A DNA stretch of 64,000 bases from Planktothrix sp. GU0601_MAG3 (GCA_035193785.1 CP136572.1:4532578-4596577); one strand, 5' to 3'. Numbered from the stretch's first letter, positions 34,060-47,438 are shown. The notes: generated from the letters alone by a model not told the origin. Numbers and translations are program-made.

Positions 34060-35250
34060 TTAGGCCATAGTTTTTGCTAAAGCTGCTAACGGTAAACCTG
34101 GAGGATAAATCCCATCTTCCTTAATTTGGCGAATGTTAGCCTCTGGGATGGGAACTTTCAGATAGTTAGCCACCGAGCGTACCACATCCCCCCGATCAAT
34201 AATACCCGCTACGGCTCCAGCAGGGGATAGTGCCGTAATCCGGCGCAATTCTTGGTCTTCCATCAGATTAATCACCTCCACCAATGACGCTTTTTCCGAA
34301 ACCGTAATTAGTGTATTCAGAGGTTGCAGAATTTGATTTAAGGTTTGACTTTCCCATTGACTACGTTCAATCACGCGCAAAGCTTCCACAGAAACCAACC
34401 CCCGATAACGACCATGGGAAGAAGCAAAATATACCGGAACGGTCTCAACCCCAATTAAATATTCATCGGCGAATTGACGTAAACTCAAATCCGCATCTAC
34501 CACTCGAAACTCCCGGGTCATAGCGTCCCCGGCTTTAATATTAATTAAAGCTTCTTGTAGATCGGTGATGCGATTATAGGAAGCGGCATTTTGTAAGACA
34601 AACCAACCGATTAAAGCAATCCATAACCCGCCATAACTTCTGGCTAAAAAGACCGAAGATAGGCCCAAAGAAATAGCTAAAATGCCTAAAAATTGTCCCG
34701 TCCGCGCCGCCCAACGTACCCCGGTTAAGCGATTTCCCGTAATTTTCCAAACCGTGGCTTTAAGTACCTGTCCCCCATCGAGGGGTAAACCGGGAATTAA
34801 GTTAAATATCCCTAAAACCAAATTAATTCGGGCTAATTCCCTGACCACGGCATAAATTAAGCTGGAATTGGGTAATAGTTGGGCAAAGAGATTCAGAATA
34901 AAAAATAAGCTAAAACTCACTAAAGGGCCAGCGATCGCCACTTGGAACGCTTGGCCGGGGGTTTTTGATTCCTTATCAATAGAAGCTACTCCCCCAAACA
35001 AGAATAGAGTAATCGAGTTGACCCGAATTCCCTGGGATTGAGCCACCAAACTATGGCCGAGTTCGTGGAGTAATACCGAAGCAAATAATAAGAGTGCAAT
35101 TGCTAACCCAGCAACCCAAGATAGGGTTAGCCCCCACTCCGAATAACTCTGGCGATTGGCGACTGTGAACAGCAAAACAATCACCAACCAAGAAGAATCA
35201 ACAAAGAAGGGAATTCCAAATAATGATCCAATCCGCCAACCTGCCTGCAT
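34060..35250 (-). CDS. Site-2 protease (M50) with CBS domains
   Basis: HELGH, AIAGP, FNLIPGLPLDGG. Confidence 0.92.
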   Translation of the reverse strand: MQAGWRIGSLFGIPFFVDSSWLVIVLLFTVANRQSYSEWGLTLSWVAGLAIALLLFASVLLHELGHSLVAQSQGIRVNSITLFLFGGVASIDKESKTPGQAFQVAIAGPLVSFSLFFILNLFAQLLPNSSLIYAVVRELARINLVLGIFNLIPGLPLDGGQVLKATVWKITGNRLTGVRWAARTGQFLGILAISLGLSSVFLARSYGGLWIALIGWFVLQNAASYNRITDLQEALINIKAGDAMTREFRVVDADLSLRQFADEYLIGVETVPVYFASSHGRYRGLVSVEALRVIERSQWESQTLNQILQPLNTLITVSEKASLVEVINLMEDQELRRITALSPAGAVAGIIDRGDVVRSVANYLKVPIPEANIRQIKEDGIYPPGLPLAALAKTMA

Positions 35251-35394
35251 GAGATGTCTTTGACTCCATTTATTTCATTCTAACGATCTGATGTCTGTGA
35301 TTACCGACCCCAGCCAAAAAATAGTCTGGAAAATTGCGACAGCCTTTACGGTATGATTGGGGTCAATAGAAACATCTATCTAGTCAAACTTTAG

Positions 35395-36451
<1,057 letters not shown>

Positions 36452-36477
36452 ATTTAATTTGGACACCGGGCAGGGTT

Positions 36478-37491
36478 TTAACTCCCTGTTATCGGTGAAA
36501 AATGCTGAAATCCTCGACTCAAGGATAGTTTTTCAACGGTTGAGGGTTCAGCATCATCCATTAATAAAATATCTGAGTTAGCAGTAATTTCGCCAATAAT
36601 TGCGGCGTCGCTTCCTAATTGTTGAACCAGTTTTTCCGCCCCATCCGCAGCCACAGATAACACCAATTGAAAGTCTTCTCCCCCATATAAAGCCCATTCT
36701 AATGTCTGCCCAGGGGAAACGAAGGTTTTTAAAGCTTGAGAAATCGGAATTTGAGGACGTTGAATTTTAGCCCCGACTTGACTTCCTCGACAGATTTGGA
36801 CAATCGCATCGGCCAGTCCATCGCTACTATCCATTCCCGCAATTCTGGTGTCGGGATGGGAGACTAACCAGCTTTGCAATTTTGGGACAAGATCCAGACG
36901 GGGTTGGGGCCGTTGGTGGGCTTGGATGAGGGATAAACGCTGATCAGAAGTTAATTCGGTTCCCAATTCGGGATGGAGGAGTAATTCTAATCCGGCGCGG
37001 GAGTCGCCATGATCTCCAGTCACGATAATTCTATCCCCAGGACGGGCAACCGAACGCCGAATTGCTAATTTTGGGTTTACCCTTCCAAACGCCGTAATAG
37101 AAATACAAGTTACCGCCGACCGACAAATATCCCCGCCCACAATTGGGGTCTGATACTGATTTAAACAGGCGGTTAATCCTTGATAAAGTTGTTCAACCCA
37201 AGTAACGGTTTTATTACCTGTTATTCCTAAAGCGACGGTAATTCCTATGGGAAAAGCACCCATCGCCGCCAGGTCGGATAAATTAACCGCAGCCCCACGC
37301 CAACCCACATCAAATGGTGATGTAGTGCGATCGCTAAAATGCACTTCATCTACTAACATATCCGTGGTAATTACTAAGGATTCATCCCCAGAAACCGCCA
37401 AAATTGCCGCATCATCCCCCACAATTTCCCAGGGACAAAAACCCTTCACAATTTCCAGTAAACCCTGTTCTCCAATATCTTTAATTAGCAT
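36478..37491 (-). CDS. thiL: Thiamine-monophosphate kinase
   Basis: GEQGL, GDDAA, NLSDLAAMG, MDSSDGL, GGEDF. Confidence 0.93.
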   Translation of the reverse strand: MLIKDIGEQGLLEIVKGFCPWEIVGDDAAILAVSGDESLVITTDMLVDEVHFSDRTTSPFDVGWRGAAVNLSDLAAMGAFPIGITVALGITGNKTVTWVEQLYQGLTACLNQYQTPIVGGDICRSAVTCISITAFGRVNPKLAIRRSVARPGDRIIVTGDHGDSRAGLELLLHPELGTELTSDQRLSLIQAHQRPQPRLDLVPKLQSWLVSHPDTRIAGMDSSDGLADAIVQICRGSQVGAKIQRPQIPISQALKTFVSPGQTLEWALYGGEDFQLVLSVAADGAEKLVQQLGSDAAIIGEITANSDILLMDDAEPSTVEKLSLSRGFQHFSPITGS

Positions 37492-37554
37492 CTCCCCATC
37501 ACCCATTATTTATTACCTATTCCCCATTCGTAATTCGTAATTCGTAATTCCCCA

Positions 37555-39037
37555 TTACACCAATGCTCTTAATAAAGCCTGTAACTTTAACTGAATTTCA
37601 GCCACTTCTTTTTCCGGTTCTGAACCCGCAACAATTCCGGCTCCCGCATAGAGTCTAGCACGATTTCCGTCTAATAAAGCCGAACGAATCCCCACCACAA
37701 ATTCCCCATTTCCTTGATGATCAATCCAACCAATGGGGGCGGCATAAAGAGAGCGATCAAAATTTTCATAATTATGGATATGTTGTTGGGCAATATCCCT
37801 GGGAGTTCCCGCCACGGCTGGAGTTGGATGTAATTGTGATAGGATTTCCAAGAGATGAATATTGGTTGAAACTTGACATTTAATCGGTGTCCAAAGGTGT
37901 TGAATATTGGTGAGTTGTCTTAAACAAGGTAAATCCGTTAAATCCGGGGTTAAACCCAAACTTAATAACCGTTCGATGATAAAATCTACTACTACTTGAT
38001 GTTCTCGTAGATTCTTTTCACTATTGAGTAATTCTTGACCTAAATTAATATCTTCGATTGGTGTTTTCCCGCGAGGGGCTGAAACCCGCCAAGGCATCAG
38101 TAATTAATTGATTATTTTTTAGACTAATTAATCTTTCTGGACTAGCTCCAATAAACTGTTGACCCTTGCCATTCCCCGTTGAGAAAATATAGCAATCAGG
38201 ATATAAAACCCTTAAATTATTTAAAGAATTAATTAAATTAAAGGGAGTTTTAGACACCACATCAATCGGTTGAGACAGGACTAATTTTTTTAAAGATTTA
38301 GATTTAATTAAATCTAAAGCAGAATGGACAGACTGTTTAAATTGTAAATAGGGTTTAGGGTCGGTTTCGACTTGTTGGGTTAATAATAAACTAGAGTTTT
38401 TACTGGTAACAGAAGGGATTAAGGTAGTTTTTAACCCATTGATTTGTTGACTTTTATACCAAACATCACTCAAAATATTTTCAATTTTAGAGTTTTTCTT
38501 CAAAACAATATTAACAATCAAAATACAGCGATTTTTTTTTCTGATTACTTGCCATTTGGGTAAAAATATGGTAGTGGGCGGAAAATGTTTATTTTCCGGT
38601 TCAACTGAAGGATTCTGTCCGCAATTCAAGGATAAATCAGGATTAAAATATTGGTCAAAAAAAGTAAAACTACAGCAAAAATAAGGCTTAGGTAAATGGC
38701 TATTTTTAGAACCAATAATAACGGTTTTATCCAAACAAGATTGAATAAATTTTTGCGCTTCAAAAAACCTATTTTTTCCAGCCGTGGTAAATTTTATAGC
38801 CGTATCAACCGCCACAAAGGACTCCTCAAATTGAGGTTTTTCAAAATAAAAATGAATTAAATTAGGATGATAAAATTGCTGTAAAATTGCTAAAGGATCA
38901 ATCCATTGAATTTCATGGGCAATACTCAGAATTTTAGTCTGATAGTCCTGTAATCCATAATTTTGAAACTCTAACAAAAAACGATGCAGTTCTTGGCGAT
39001 CTTGCAATAACGGGGTTGCAGAAGGAAAAACTGGCAT
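37555..39037 (-). CDS. menF: Isochorismate synthase (apparent frameshift at GAAAC 38081-38085)
   Basis: FIGASPERL, ALAGSAPRG (restored), KNLREH, LHPTPAVAG, YAGAGIV. Confidence 0.9.
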
Positions 39038-39356
39038 ATAAAAAATGAACAAAAAAAGGTTAAAATGGGGGAAACTGTCACCGAAAAATAGTCAACCCAT
39101 GTTATTTTAATCTATGTTAACGACTTTCAGAGTCATTTACCCCTTATTCATAATCTCCCCTCTAAAAATATTGCCCTCAGTCTGTAAAAAAAGTTCATAA
39201 TTGAATTATTTTTCCCCGCCCCGGCTTTCCCCCCGCCCTGGTGTTTTCCCCTGTCCTGGTGTTTCCCTGACTTCCCTAGCGGAATCTTTTGGCACTTCTC
39301 TAGCCTATCAGATAGTGTTATGGGACAATAAACCCGTTAAACCTCCGCGACTTGCT

Positions 39357-40257
39357 ATGACCACAGAATTAATTACAACCTCAAAAAATAAATTATGGTT
39401 AGCGGCAATTAAACCTCCAATGTATAGTGTGGCAATTATGCCAATTTGGGTGGGAAACTGCTGTTGCTATCTTTGAAACTTCTACGATTAATTGGAAAAT
39501 TTTTACCACCTTTATTACATCGGCGATTTTGATTTTAGCTTGGGAAAATATTCTCAATGATGTCTTTGACTCGGAAACGGGAATTGACAAAAATAAACAT
39601 CATTCTTTAGTTAATCTAACTGCAAATAAATCCCTAGTTCTAGCCCTGGGAAATAGCTGTTTAGCCCTAGCAATTTTGGGTTTATTAGTGATTTGTTGGT
39701 GGCAACGGGATCTAACGGTTTTAGGCTTAATTCTCCTCTGTTGTGGCCTAGGTTATTTATATCAGGGGCCGCCATTTCGATTGGGTTATCAAGGTTTAGG
39801 GGAGTTTTTATGTTTCTTTGCCTTTGGGCCCTTGGGAGTTTCCGCCGCCTATTATAGTCAAACTCAAAACTGGTCTTGGGTCTGTTTAGCCACATCAATT
39901 ATTGTGGCAATTCCGATTACTTTAGTTCTCTTTTGTTCCCATTTTCATCAAGTCGAAGATGATATAAATGCGGGGAAAAAGTCTCCAATTGTTCGTTTGG
40001 GAACGGAACGGGGGGCAAAACTTTTACCTTGGTTTTGTGGTAGTATTTTTATTCTGACGGGTGGGTTTGTCCTCTTGGGAATATTCCCGATTTGGACTCT
40101 CCTAAGTTTTGTGGCGATTCCTTCTGCGATTAAACTCTGTCGCCATGTTAGTCAATACCATAATCAACCGAACTTAGTCAGCAATTCCAAGTTTATTGCC
40201 ATTTCAGTTCAGTTTTGGAGTGGTTTACTTTTAGGCGTGGGTTTTATTTTACATTAA
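39357..40257 (+). CDS. menA: DHNA phytyltransferase (apparent frameshift at GAAAC 39454-39458)
   Basis: WLAAIKPPMYSVA, NDVFDSETGIDKNK, YQGPPFRLGY, HFHQVEDD. Confidence 0.92.
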
Positions 40258-40320
40258 TTGAATTTATTGTTAGGGTGGGTCAATTCCACCCAGAACAAAA
40301 AATTAACTAGAGGTTAAATA

Positions 40321-40737
40321 ATGATGCAGTTTATTCCCTTAATTGGCAGAACATTTTTAGCAACAATTTTTATACACGCTGCTATTAATAAAATTTTTGA
40401 TTTTGCCGATACTCAAACCATGATGACAGAAAAAGGACTACCCTTGGCTGGGATATTATTAGGAGGAACTATTGTTTTTCAAATTTTGGGCGGATTATCG
40501 TTAGTATTAGGTTATAAAACTCGTTTAGGCGCTTGGCTTTTAATTCTATTTTTAATTCCGGCAACTGTAGTCTTTCATAATTTTTGGAGTGTTCCCGCAG
40601 AAAAAATTGATTTCTTAAAGAATTTATCCATTATGGGCGGGTTACTAATGATTACCTATTTTGGGGCCGGGCCAGTTAGTGTTGATGAACATATTAGCAT
40701 GAGTAATACTGATTTTACTGATCCTGATAACCCATAA
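40321..40737 (+). CDS. DoxX family membrane protein
   Basis: GRTFLATIF..LGYKTRLGA..FHNFW..FLKNLSIMGGLL. Confidence 0.88.
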   Translation: MMQFIPLIGRTFLATIFIHAAINKIFDFADTQTMMTEKGLPLAGILLGGTIVFQILGGLSLVLGYKTRLGAWLLILFLIPATVVFHNFWSVPAEKIDFLKNLSIMGGLLMITYFGAGPVSVDEHISMSNTDFTDPDNP

Positions 40738-42083
40738 CCAATTCTTGAATCTGTTTTTGATTGATTTTTCCTTGAGAATTGCGAGGTAATTGTTCTACAG
40801 AAATCCATAATTTAGGATGTTTAAATTTAGATAATTTTCCTAAAATTGCTTGTTTCTAATTCAACCTCTGAAAGCCGTTGATAATTAGTAACATACACCG
40901 CCACCACGATTTCACCCCAATATTGATCAGGTTTTCCAATCACACAAATATCCTTAACCAAACCCGTAGAAAGAATTACCGCTTCTACTTCGGCAGGAAA
41001 TACATTTTCTCCCCCAGTAATAATTTTATTACTTTGTCTCCCCACTAAGGTTAAATATCCCTGTTCATCCCCATAACCTAAATCATCGGTTTTAAAGCTA
41101 TTAATTCGTAAGTTGGGATCAAAATTATCTTGATAGTATCCTAACATTAAAGAATTGGATTTAATTTTAATTATTCCTGGTTGGTTTGTTTTTAATTCTT
41201 CTCCATTCTCATTATAGATTTTAATTTTAGCATGGGGTAGAATGTTTCCACAACTATTATTACCGCGCAAAAAATCCGAGGGTTTTAAAGTAACAATTTG
41301 GGAGGCGGTTTCTGTCATTCCATAAGTTAATGCTAGGGGAATTTGATGTAAACGACTTTGTTCTAATAATTCTAACCAAAGGGGTGCTCCTCCTAATAAT
41401 ACTATCTGAAATTTAGATAACCAATTAGTTAAGGAGGGAGATTGTAATAAACGGTGTAATTGAGTCGGAACTAAAGAGATAAAATAGTTAGTAGGATTAA
41501 AATTAATCCATTCTTCTGCTGCTACGGTTTTAAAAGAAGTTATTATCAATTGTCCATCTGTTAAAAGCGATCGCATCCACTGCATTAATCCGCTAACATG
41601 ATAAAGAGGTAAAGTACAAAAACAATTAATAGTAGGGGTCTGAAAATATTGCTGGACACCTATAACTGAAGCGGTTAAACTATCCCAATTATGGACAGTA
41701 AACTTGATGTTTCCCGATGTTCCTCCGGTGGGAATCATAATCAAATCTTGGAGAATTTCATAATTAGAATTTAATGGTTTTTGATAGTCAGAAATTTGAC
41801 CTTGAGAAATTAATAAATTAGGTTGAACTAATTGATAAACTTGCGTCCATTCCCGTTGTCCCCATTGAGGATTACATAAAAAAACCGGACATTTTGCTAT
41901 CACCGCAGCAAGAAAAGCCGATAAAAATAAAATTGGATCAGATTCTGATATTAGAATTTTAGGATAATTTTTATTTGAATTAATCCATAGATTAATATTT
42001 TGTAAATGATTTTTATAAATATCTATTAAACGGTCTTTGTTATTTAAAATTAATCCATTTTGGATTTTATCAATTAGATTCAT
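40715..42083 (-). CDS. menE: o-succinylbenzoate-CoA ligase (apparent frameshift at GTTTC 40852-40856)
   Basis: TGGTSGNIK, LPLYHVSG, TYGMTET, TDDLG, GGENVFP; corrected C-terminus KFKHPKLW..LPRNSQGKI. Confidence 0.88.
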
Positions 42084-42179
42084 ATTTAACCCGGTTGATA
42101 TCCCCCCAAATCCCCCCTTCGGCAAGCTCAGGGCAGGCATTAAAAAGGGTGACTTTGAATATTAAATACATCTTAACCC

Positions 42180-43148
42180 GTAGGGGCGGGTTCCACAATA
42201 ATATTTGATAATAACAAGCAATCTAAATAAACCCACCCCACCCGATCTAGCCCTGACAAAGTTTTCTGTAGGGGCGGGTTCCACAATAATATTTGACAAT
42301 AATAAACAATCTAAATAAACCCGCCCAACCCCATAAAAAATCCCATTAATCGTTAAATCTTGGCTGGTTCGGGGCGGGTTCCACAATAATATTTGACAAT
42401 AATAAACAATCTAAATAAACCCGCCCAACCCCATAAAAAATTCCATTAATCGTTAAATCTTGGCTGGTTTGGGGCGGGTTTAGATAATTTTGGGGTGGGA
42501 ATTTAAGATGGACTTGAACCCGCCCCTACGGGTTTTTGAGCAGATTTTGAACAATTTTGATAATAATAAACAATCTAAATAAACCCGCCCAACCCCATAA
42601 AAAATTCCATTAATCGTTAATTATTAGCTGGGTTCGGGGCGGGTTTAGATAATTTTTGGGTGGGAATTTAAGATAGACTTGAACCCGCCCCTACGGGATT
42701 TTTATTTTGAGCAGATTTTGAACAATATTGTTTATAATTAGCCAGAATATTTGATACCTAAGTAAACTCATCCCACCCGATCTAGCCCTGACAAAGTTTT
42801 CTGTAGGGGCGGGTTCCACAATAATATTTGACAATAATAAACAATCTAAATAAACCCGCCCAACCCCATAAAAAATTCCATTAATAGTTAATTCTTGGCT
42901 GAGTTTGGGGCGGGTTTAGATAGTTTTGGGGTGGGAATTTAAGATAGACTTGAACCCGCCCCTACGGGTTTTTGAGCAGATTTTGAACAATTTTGATAAT
43001 AATAAACAATCTAAATAAACCCGCCCAACCCCATAAAAATTCCATTAATAGTTAAATATTGGCTGGTTTGGGGCGGGTTTAGATAGTTTTTGGGTGGGAA
43101 TTTGAGATGGACTTGAAACCCGCCCCTACGGGTTTTTGAGCAGATTTT
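42180..43148. repeat. ~1-kb cluster of complete and partial GTAG-type REP/MITE units between menC and menE
   Basis: Repeated GTAGGGGCGGGTT, AAACCCGCCC, GGGGCGGGTTT and GAACCCGCCCCTAC blocks with near-identical linkers; same family as 19743-20111. Confidence 0.9.
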
Positions 43149-43167
43149 CAAGGAGTACCGCCAGCAG

Positions 43168-44121
43168 TTAGGAGATAAACCAATGATTAATTCCAAATCC
43201 CACCGCCCGATTATATAATAATATTTCAGAGGCAATTTTTAAAGCGGAATTTTGACCAATATCGGTTTCAAAAACCGAGGAAAAAACCGTATCGATTTGA
43301 TTATTTTGGCAAAAGTTATTGAGTTTCTGGGGAGATCCAAAAATAGCAGGTTTGATCACAAAAATATTAGACCATCCTTGTTGATAACAATGGGTTAATT
43401 GTTGTAAATTAGCAACGGATTCATCTAAGGCGAGGGGGGTAGAATAGCGATCGCATAATTCTAACATTAAATCTAATTGATCAATAGATAAGGGTTGTTC
43501 TAAAAATTCAATTTTAATCAATTCTTGATTAATATTAATTAAATCACAGGTTTCTAACCATTTTTGCGCCTGGTCAAAGGTTAAACCGCCATTTGCATCT
43601 AATCTGAGACTGATTTTCAGAAACCCGGTTTCTAAGGTTTCAGTTATACTATTAATTAACTGTTGAAAAATATTAATTTCTTCCGTAATATTATCAACGC
43701 CTATTTTCCATTTTAAAGTCTGATATCCTTGCTGAAATAGGGTTTCCCAAGTAGTTAATACCGTTTCTCCCGTTGGTAATAATCCGCTATATTGAAGTTT
43801 AGCTAAATCAAATAAACTGTTAGGATTTAATTCTATTAATGCAGACTCAAACCCAAATTGACAAGCGGGTAAACTGTCAGGAATATTAAAAATTGTTTCT
43901 GTTGAAATTAGACTGGGAATTTGTTGACAAAATGCGATCGCATCTTCTAAGGTTTCCGACCCAAACCAACTTAAAGGCGCAATTTCTCCCCATCCTATAT
44001 TACCGCGTTTATCGGTTAAACTTAAAATAATGCCTTCTCTAATATTCCAAATTCCGTGGGCGGTTTTGAGAGGAGTTTTAAATGGACGTTGATAGGTTTT
44101 AAATTGAAATTTATAATTCAT
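43168..44121 (-). CDS. menC: o-succinylbenzoate synthase
   Basis: GWGEIAPL, TLKWKIG, LRLDANGG, FLEQP, ALDES, VIKP, SSVFET. Confidence 0.92.
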   Translation of the reverse strand: MNYKFQFKTYQRPFKTPLKTAHGIWNIREGIILSLTDKRGNIGWGEIAPLSWFGSETLEDAIAFCQQIPSLISTETIFNIPDSLPACQFGFESALIELNPNSLFDLAKLQYSGLLPTGETVLTTWETLFQQGYQTLKWKIGVDNITEEINIFQQLINSITETLETGFLKISLRLDANGGLTFDQAQKWLETCDLININQELIKIEFLEQPLSIDQLDLMLELCDRYSTPLALDESVANLQQLTHCYQQGWSNIFVIKPAIFGSPQKLNNFCQNNQIDTVFSSVFETDIGQNSALKIASEILLYNRAVGFGINHWFIS

Positions 44122-44927
44122 TCAGATAAAAATTTAACAATTGCATGAATCCATTGTTGAGGATTTTCAATTAAAATATTATGACCACAATTGGGGATAA
44201 TTTGCAACTGGGAAACGGGACATAATTGGTTAATTTCTTGGTTAATATGTTTAAATTTATGATCATATTCCCCGACCAACAGCAATAGGGGTATTTGATT
44301 TTCTGATAATTTTTCCCATAAAGAGGGTTGATTTCCGGTTCCCAAATAACGCAGAGATTTCGATAACTCCAGGGGATTATTCTTTAAACGATGCTCAAAA
44401 ACTTGGTCAAATTCAGGATGATTTGTTAGGGTTTTAAATAGGGGTTGATGATACCATTTTTCTAAAAACAGGGTAAAGTCTATGGTTTGCAGTTGTTGGG
44501 CTTTTTGATTATCTGAAATTAACCTTTGTAACCTTTCTGATTCGGTTTTTAGTCCTGGGGATGTGGATTCTAATATTACTTTTTGAAAATATTGGGGGAA
44601 ATTCAGGGTTAAATATAATCCTAATCTTCCCCCCATAGAATATCCCATTAAATAACATTGGGAAATCTTCAGATGGTTTAACACCTCTATTAATGCGGTT
44701 GCTGTTTCTGGCATTTTATAACAGCTATCCTCCCCTAAAACTTGGGTTTTCCCATGTCCAGGGAGGTCGATGGTTAAACAACAAAACCGGGTAAATAGTG
44801 GGGAAATTCGGGTGTTAAAATCCTGACTATTTCCCATAAATCCATGTAGAAATAGAATAATAGGTTGATTAGGATTGCCGTTTAGGGTATAATAAAACCT
44901 ATAGTAATTTAGCTTTAAAAACGGCAT
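44118..44927 (-). CDS. menH: SHCHC synthase (alpha/beta hydrolase)
   Basis: FLHGFMG, DLPGHG, GYSMGGR, QPSLW; sits in the men cluster. Confidence 0.88.
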   Translation of the reverse strand: MPFLKLNYYRFYYTLNGNPNQPIILFLHGFMGNSQDFNTRISPLFTRFCCLTIDLPGHGKTQVLGEDSCYKMPETATALIEVLNHLKISQCYLMGYSMGGRLGLYLTLNFPQYFQKVILESTSPGLKTESERLQRLISDNQKAQQLQTIDFTLFLEKWYHQPLFKTLTNHPEFDQVFEHRLKNNPLELSKSLRYLGTGNQPSLWEKLSENQIPLLLLVGEYDHKFKHINQEINQLCPVSQLQIIPNCGHNILIENPQQWIHAIVKFLSE

Positions 44928-44944
44928 AAAATTTGATGAATTTA

Positions 44945-45133
44945 TTAATCTAGTAACCAATGTAAAAAGGGAATAGAAGAGGCACAGAAAGCCATAAATC
45001 CAAATAATCCGAATAACATTCCAAACAATAGAAATTCTTCTCCTTTTTGTTTGGCTAGTTTAACAATTAAATAGCTGTAACCATAAGAGGCGATAAAGAA
45101 AATAACGATAAATGCGGTAAAATAATATTGCAT
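44945..45133 (-). CDS. Small two-TM hypothetical protein
   Basis: 62-aa hydrophobic ORF, co-oriented with its neighbours. Confidence 0.4.
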   Translation of the reverse strand: MQYYFTAFIVIFFIASYGYSYLIVKLAKQKGEEFLLFGMLFGLFGFMAFCASSIPFLHWLLD

Positions 45134-45305
45134 TGTGTTTTAGCTCAAATTAGATTCAGCCACTTTTAAGTAGCTTTACTGATTATTGTACTAAACTTTT
45201 GTTAAATAGGGGCAGATTTGAAATAACTTGAAAAAATACTTTAGTATTAGTAGAGACGTTCCATGGAACATCCCTACTTGTCGGGATATGAATAATAAAT
45301 GAGTT

Positions 45306-46022
45306 TTAACGAATATTTTCTAAAGGAATATCTAAAAGGCCGTATTTATCCCATCCTGGGGCATCAAAATGCCACCATTCTGTAATTAAGGGAATAAATC
45401 CCTGTTGCTTCATTTTAGCAGCTAGTAAGTCACTATTCCGACGAACTTGGGGAGAATTTCCGGGGTAATCTCTAGCAGCTTTGTCGGTAAAATCATCAAA
45501 GGCAGTTGGCATTTCTAATTCAGCGCCAGTGCGAAAATCAACTAAGGTTAAATCAACCGCCGCCCCTCGGTTATGGCGAGACCCTTTGGCGGGGTTTGCC
45601 ACATAACGATTATCGGGTAAAATTGCCCACATTTGACGGGTCACAGATAGGGGACGATAACAGTCATAGACTTTTAATCCTAACCCCATTTGTTCTAAAT
45701 CCTGTTGTACTCTTGATAGGCGTTTGGCAACATCAGAACGTAATAAACATCGGGGAACAGAATAGATTTTTTTCTTTAAAAAATTGTTAGTTGTGGCGTA
45801 GCGAATATCGTGACGAATATTCAGGTTAACACTTTTAATATCAACTAATTTGTCTGCTTCTGGCACTTGGTTATAATCTTGGATAACTAAAGGAGGAGAC
45901 GTAGGAGGGGAAGCGGGGGAAGTAGGAGGGACGGTTAAATTTTGAGCGTGAACGGCATTACAGTTAATACCCAAAATTAGGAATAAAAACAAAAATAATC
46001 GCATCAGTATTTGAGAAAGCAT
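45306..46022 (-). CDS. D-alanyl-D-alanine dipeptidase (M15, VanX/DdpX-like)
   Basis: YDCYRP, SRHNRGAAVDLT, EWWHF. Confidence 0.9.
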   Translation of the reverse strand: MLSQILMRLFLFLFLILGINCNAVHAQNLTVPPTSPASPPTSPPLVIQDYNQVPEADKLVDIKSVNLNIRHDIRYATTNNFLKKKIYSVPRCLLRSDVAKRLSRVQQDLEQMGLGLKVYDCYRPLSVTRQMWAILPDNRYVANPAKGSRHNRGAAVDLTLVDFRTGAELEMPTAFDDFTDKAARDYPGNSPQVRRNSDLLAAKMKQQGFIPLITEWWHFDAPGWDKYGLLDIPLENIR

Positions 46023-46141
46023 AGGGTTAAAATGATGGTGATGTAATTAGTTATAAACCGGGTTTATTTAGTGCAAAATCCTGTAGGGGTGAGGCGCACC
46101 TCGCCCCTAGGATGAATTGGGTTTAAAAACCTGGTTTGTTT

Positions 46142-47438
46142 TTATATATCTAACCGTTGGTAAACTTGATCGAGGTTTTTCAAGTGATGTTTTGGATCAA
46201 AACAAGCATCAATTTCTGCGGGAGATAATGTAGCTTTAACTTGATCATTTTCCCTAATTAAAGATTGGAAATCCCCGTCGGTTTTATTCCAGGCAATATG
46301 GGCGCAGGATTGGACAATTTTATAGGCTTCTTCGCGGCTAATCCCTTTTTCAACTAAGGTTAATAACACCCGTTGACTGAAAACAACACCACCATAAAGG
46401 TTCATATTGCGCTTCATATTTTCGGGATAAACTAACAGATTCTTAACTAAATCCGTGAGTTCTACTAACATAAAATGAGCTACCGTTGAAGAATCAGGTA
46501 AAATCATTCGTTCAACGCAACTATGGGAAATATCCCGTTCATGCCAGAGGGCAACATTTTCTAATGCCGCCACCGCATTTCCCCGAATAATTCGCGCCAT
46601 TCCGGTTAAGCGTTCACTGCGAATAGGGTTGCGTTTATGGGGCATGGCAGAGGAACCTTTTTGACCCTTAGCAAAAAATTCTTCTACTTCTAAAACATCG
46701 GTGCGTTGTAGGTTCCGAATTTCCACCGCAAACCGTTCAATACTAGCGGCTAATAAGGCTAAAGTTTGCACATATTCCGCATGAATATCCCGGGAAATAA
46801 CTTGGGTGGAAGCGGTATCGGGTTCGAGTCCTAAGTTTTGACAGGCGATCGCTTCTATCCTCGGATCGACATTAGCATAGGTTCCCACGGCCCCAGAGAC
46901 TTTACCCACCGCCACGGTTTGACGTAGACGCACTAAACGTTCCCGGTTGCGACAAACTTCCGCTAACCATCCGGCCAATTTAAACCCAAAGGTGATCGGT
47001 TTCAGCGTGGATACCATGGGATCTACCAATCATCACCGTATCTCGATGTTGTTGCGCTTGGTAACGAATAGCCTGACTTAAGGCTTCCGTGCGTTCTAAC
47101 AACACATCCACACTGGCCACCAACTGCAAGGCTAGGGCCGTATCCAAGACATCGGAACTGGTTAAGCCTAAATGAATGTAGCGTCCGGCATCCCCAACAT
47201 ATTCGTTAACATTGGTTAAAAAGGCAATCATGTCATGGCGGACTTCGGCTTCAATTTCCAGCACCCGCTTAATATCAAAATTCGCCTTAGCCTTAATTTC
47301 CTCAACGGCTTCCGATGGGATATATCCTAACTCCGCCTGAGCCTCACAGACGGCTATTTCTACTTGTAACCAAGTTTGTAGCTTGTAAGTCTCTGTCCAC
47401 AAATTGCCCATTTCGGGCAAAGTATACCGTTCTATCAT
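46142..47438 (-). CDS. purB: Adenylosuccinate lyase (apparent frameshift at GTTTC 46999-47003)
   Basis: MIERYT, HLGLTSSD, GRSHGIHAEPITFG (restored), GSSAMPHKRNP, WHERDISHS. Confidence 0.96.

Noticed and set aside
42180..43148. Possible CRISPR array
   Set aside because: The intervening segments are themselves repeated, repeat orientation alternates, and no cas genes are present; this is a REP/MITE cluster.
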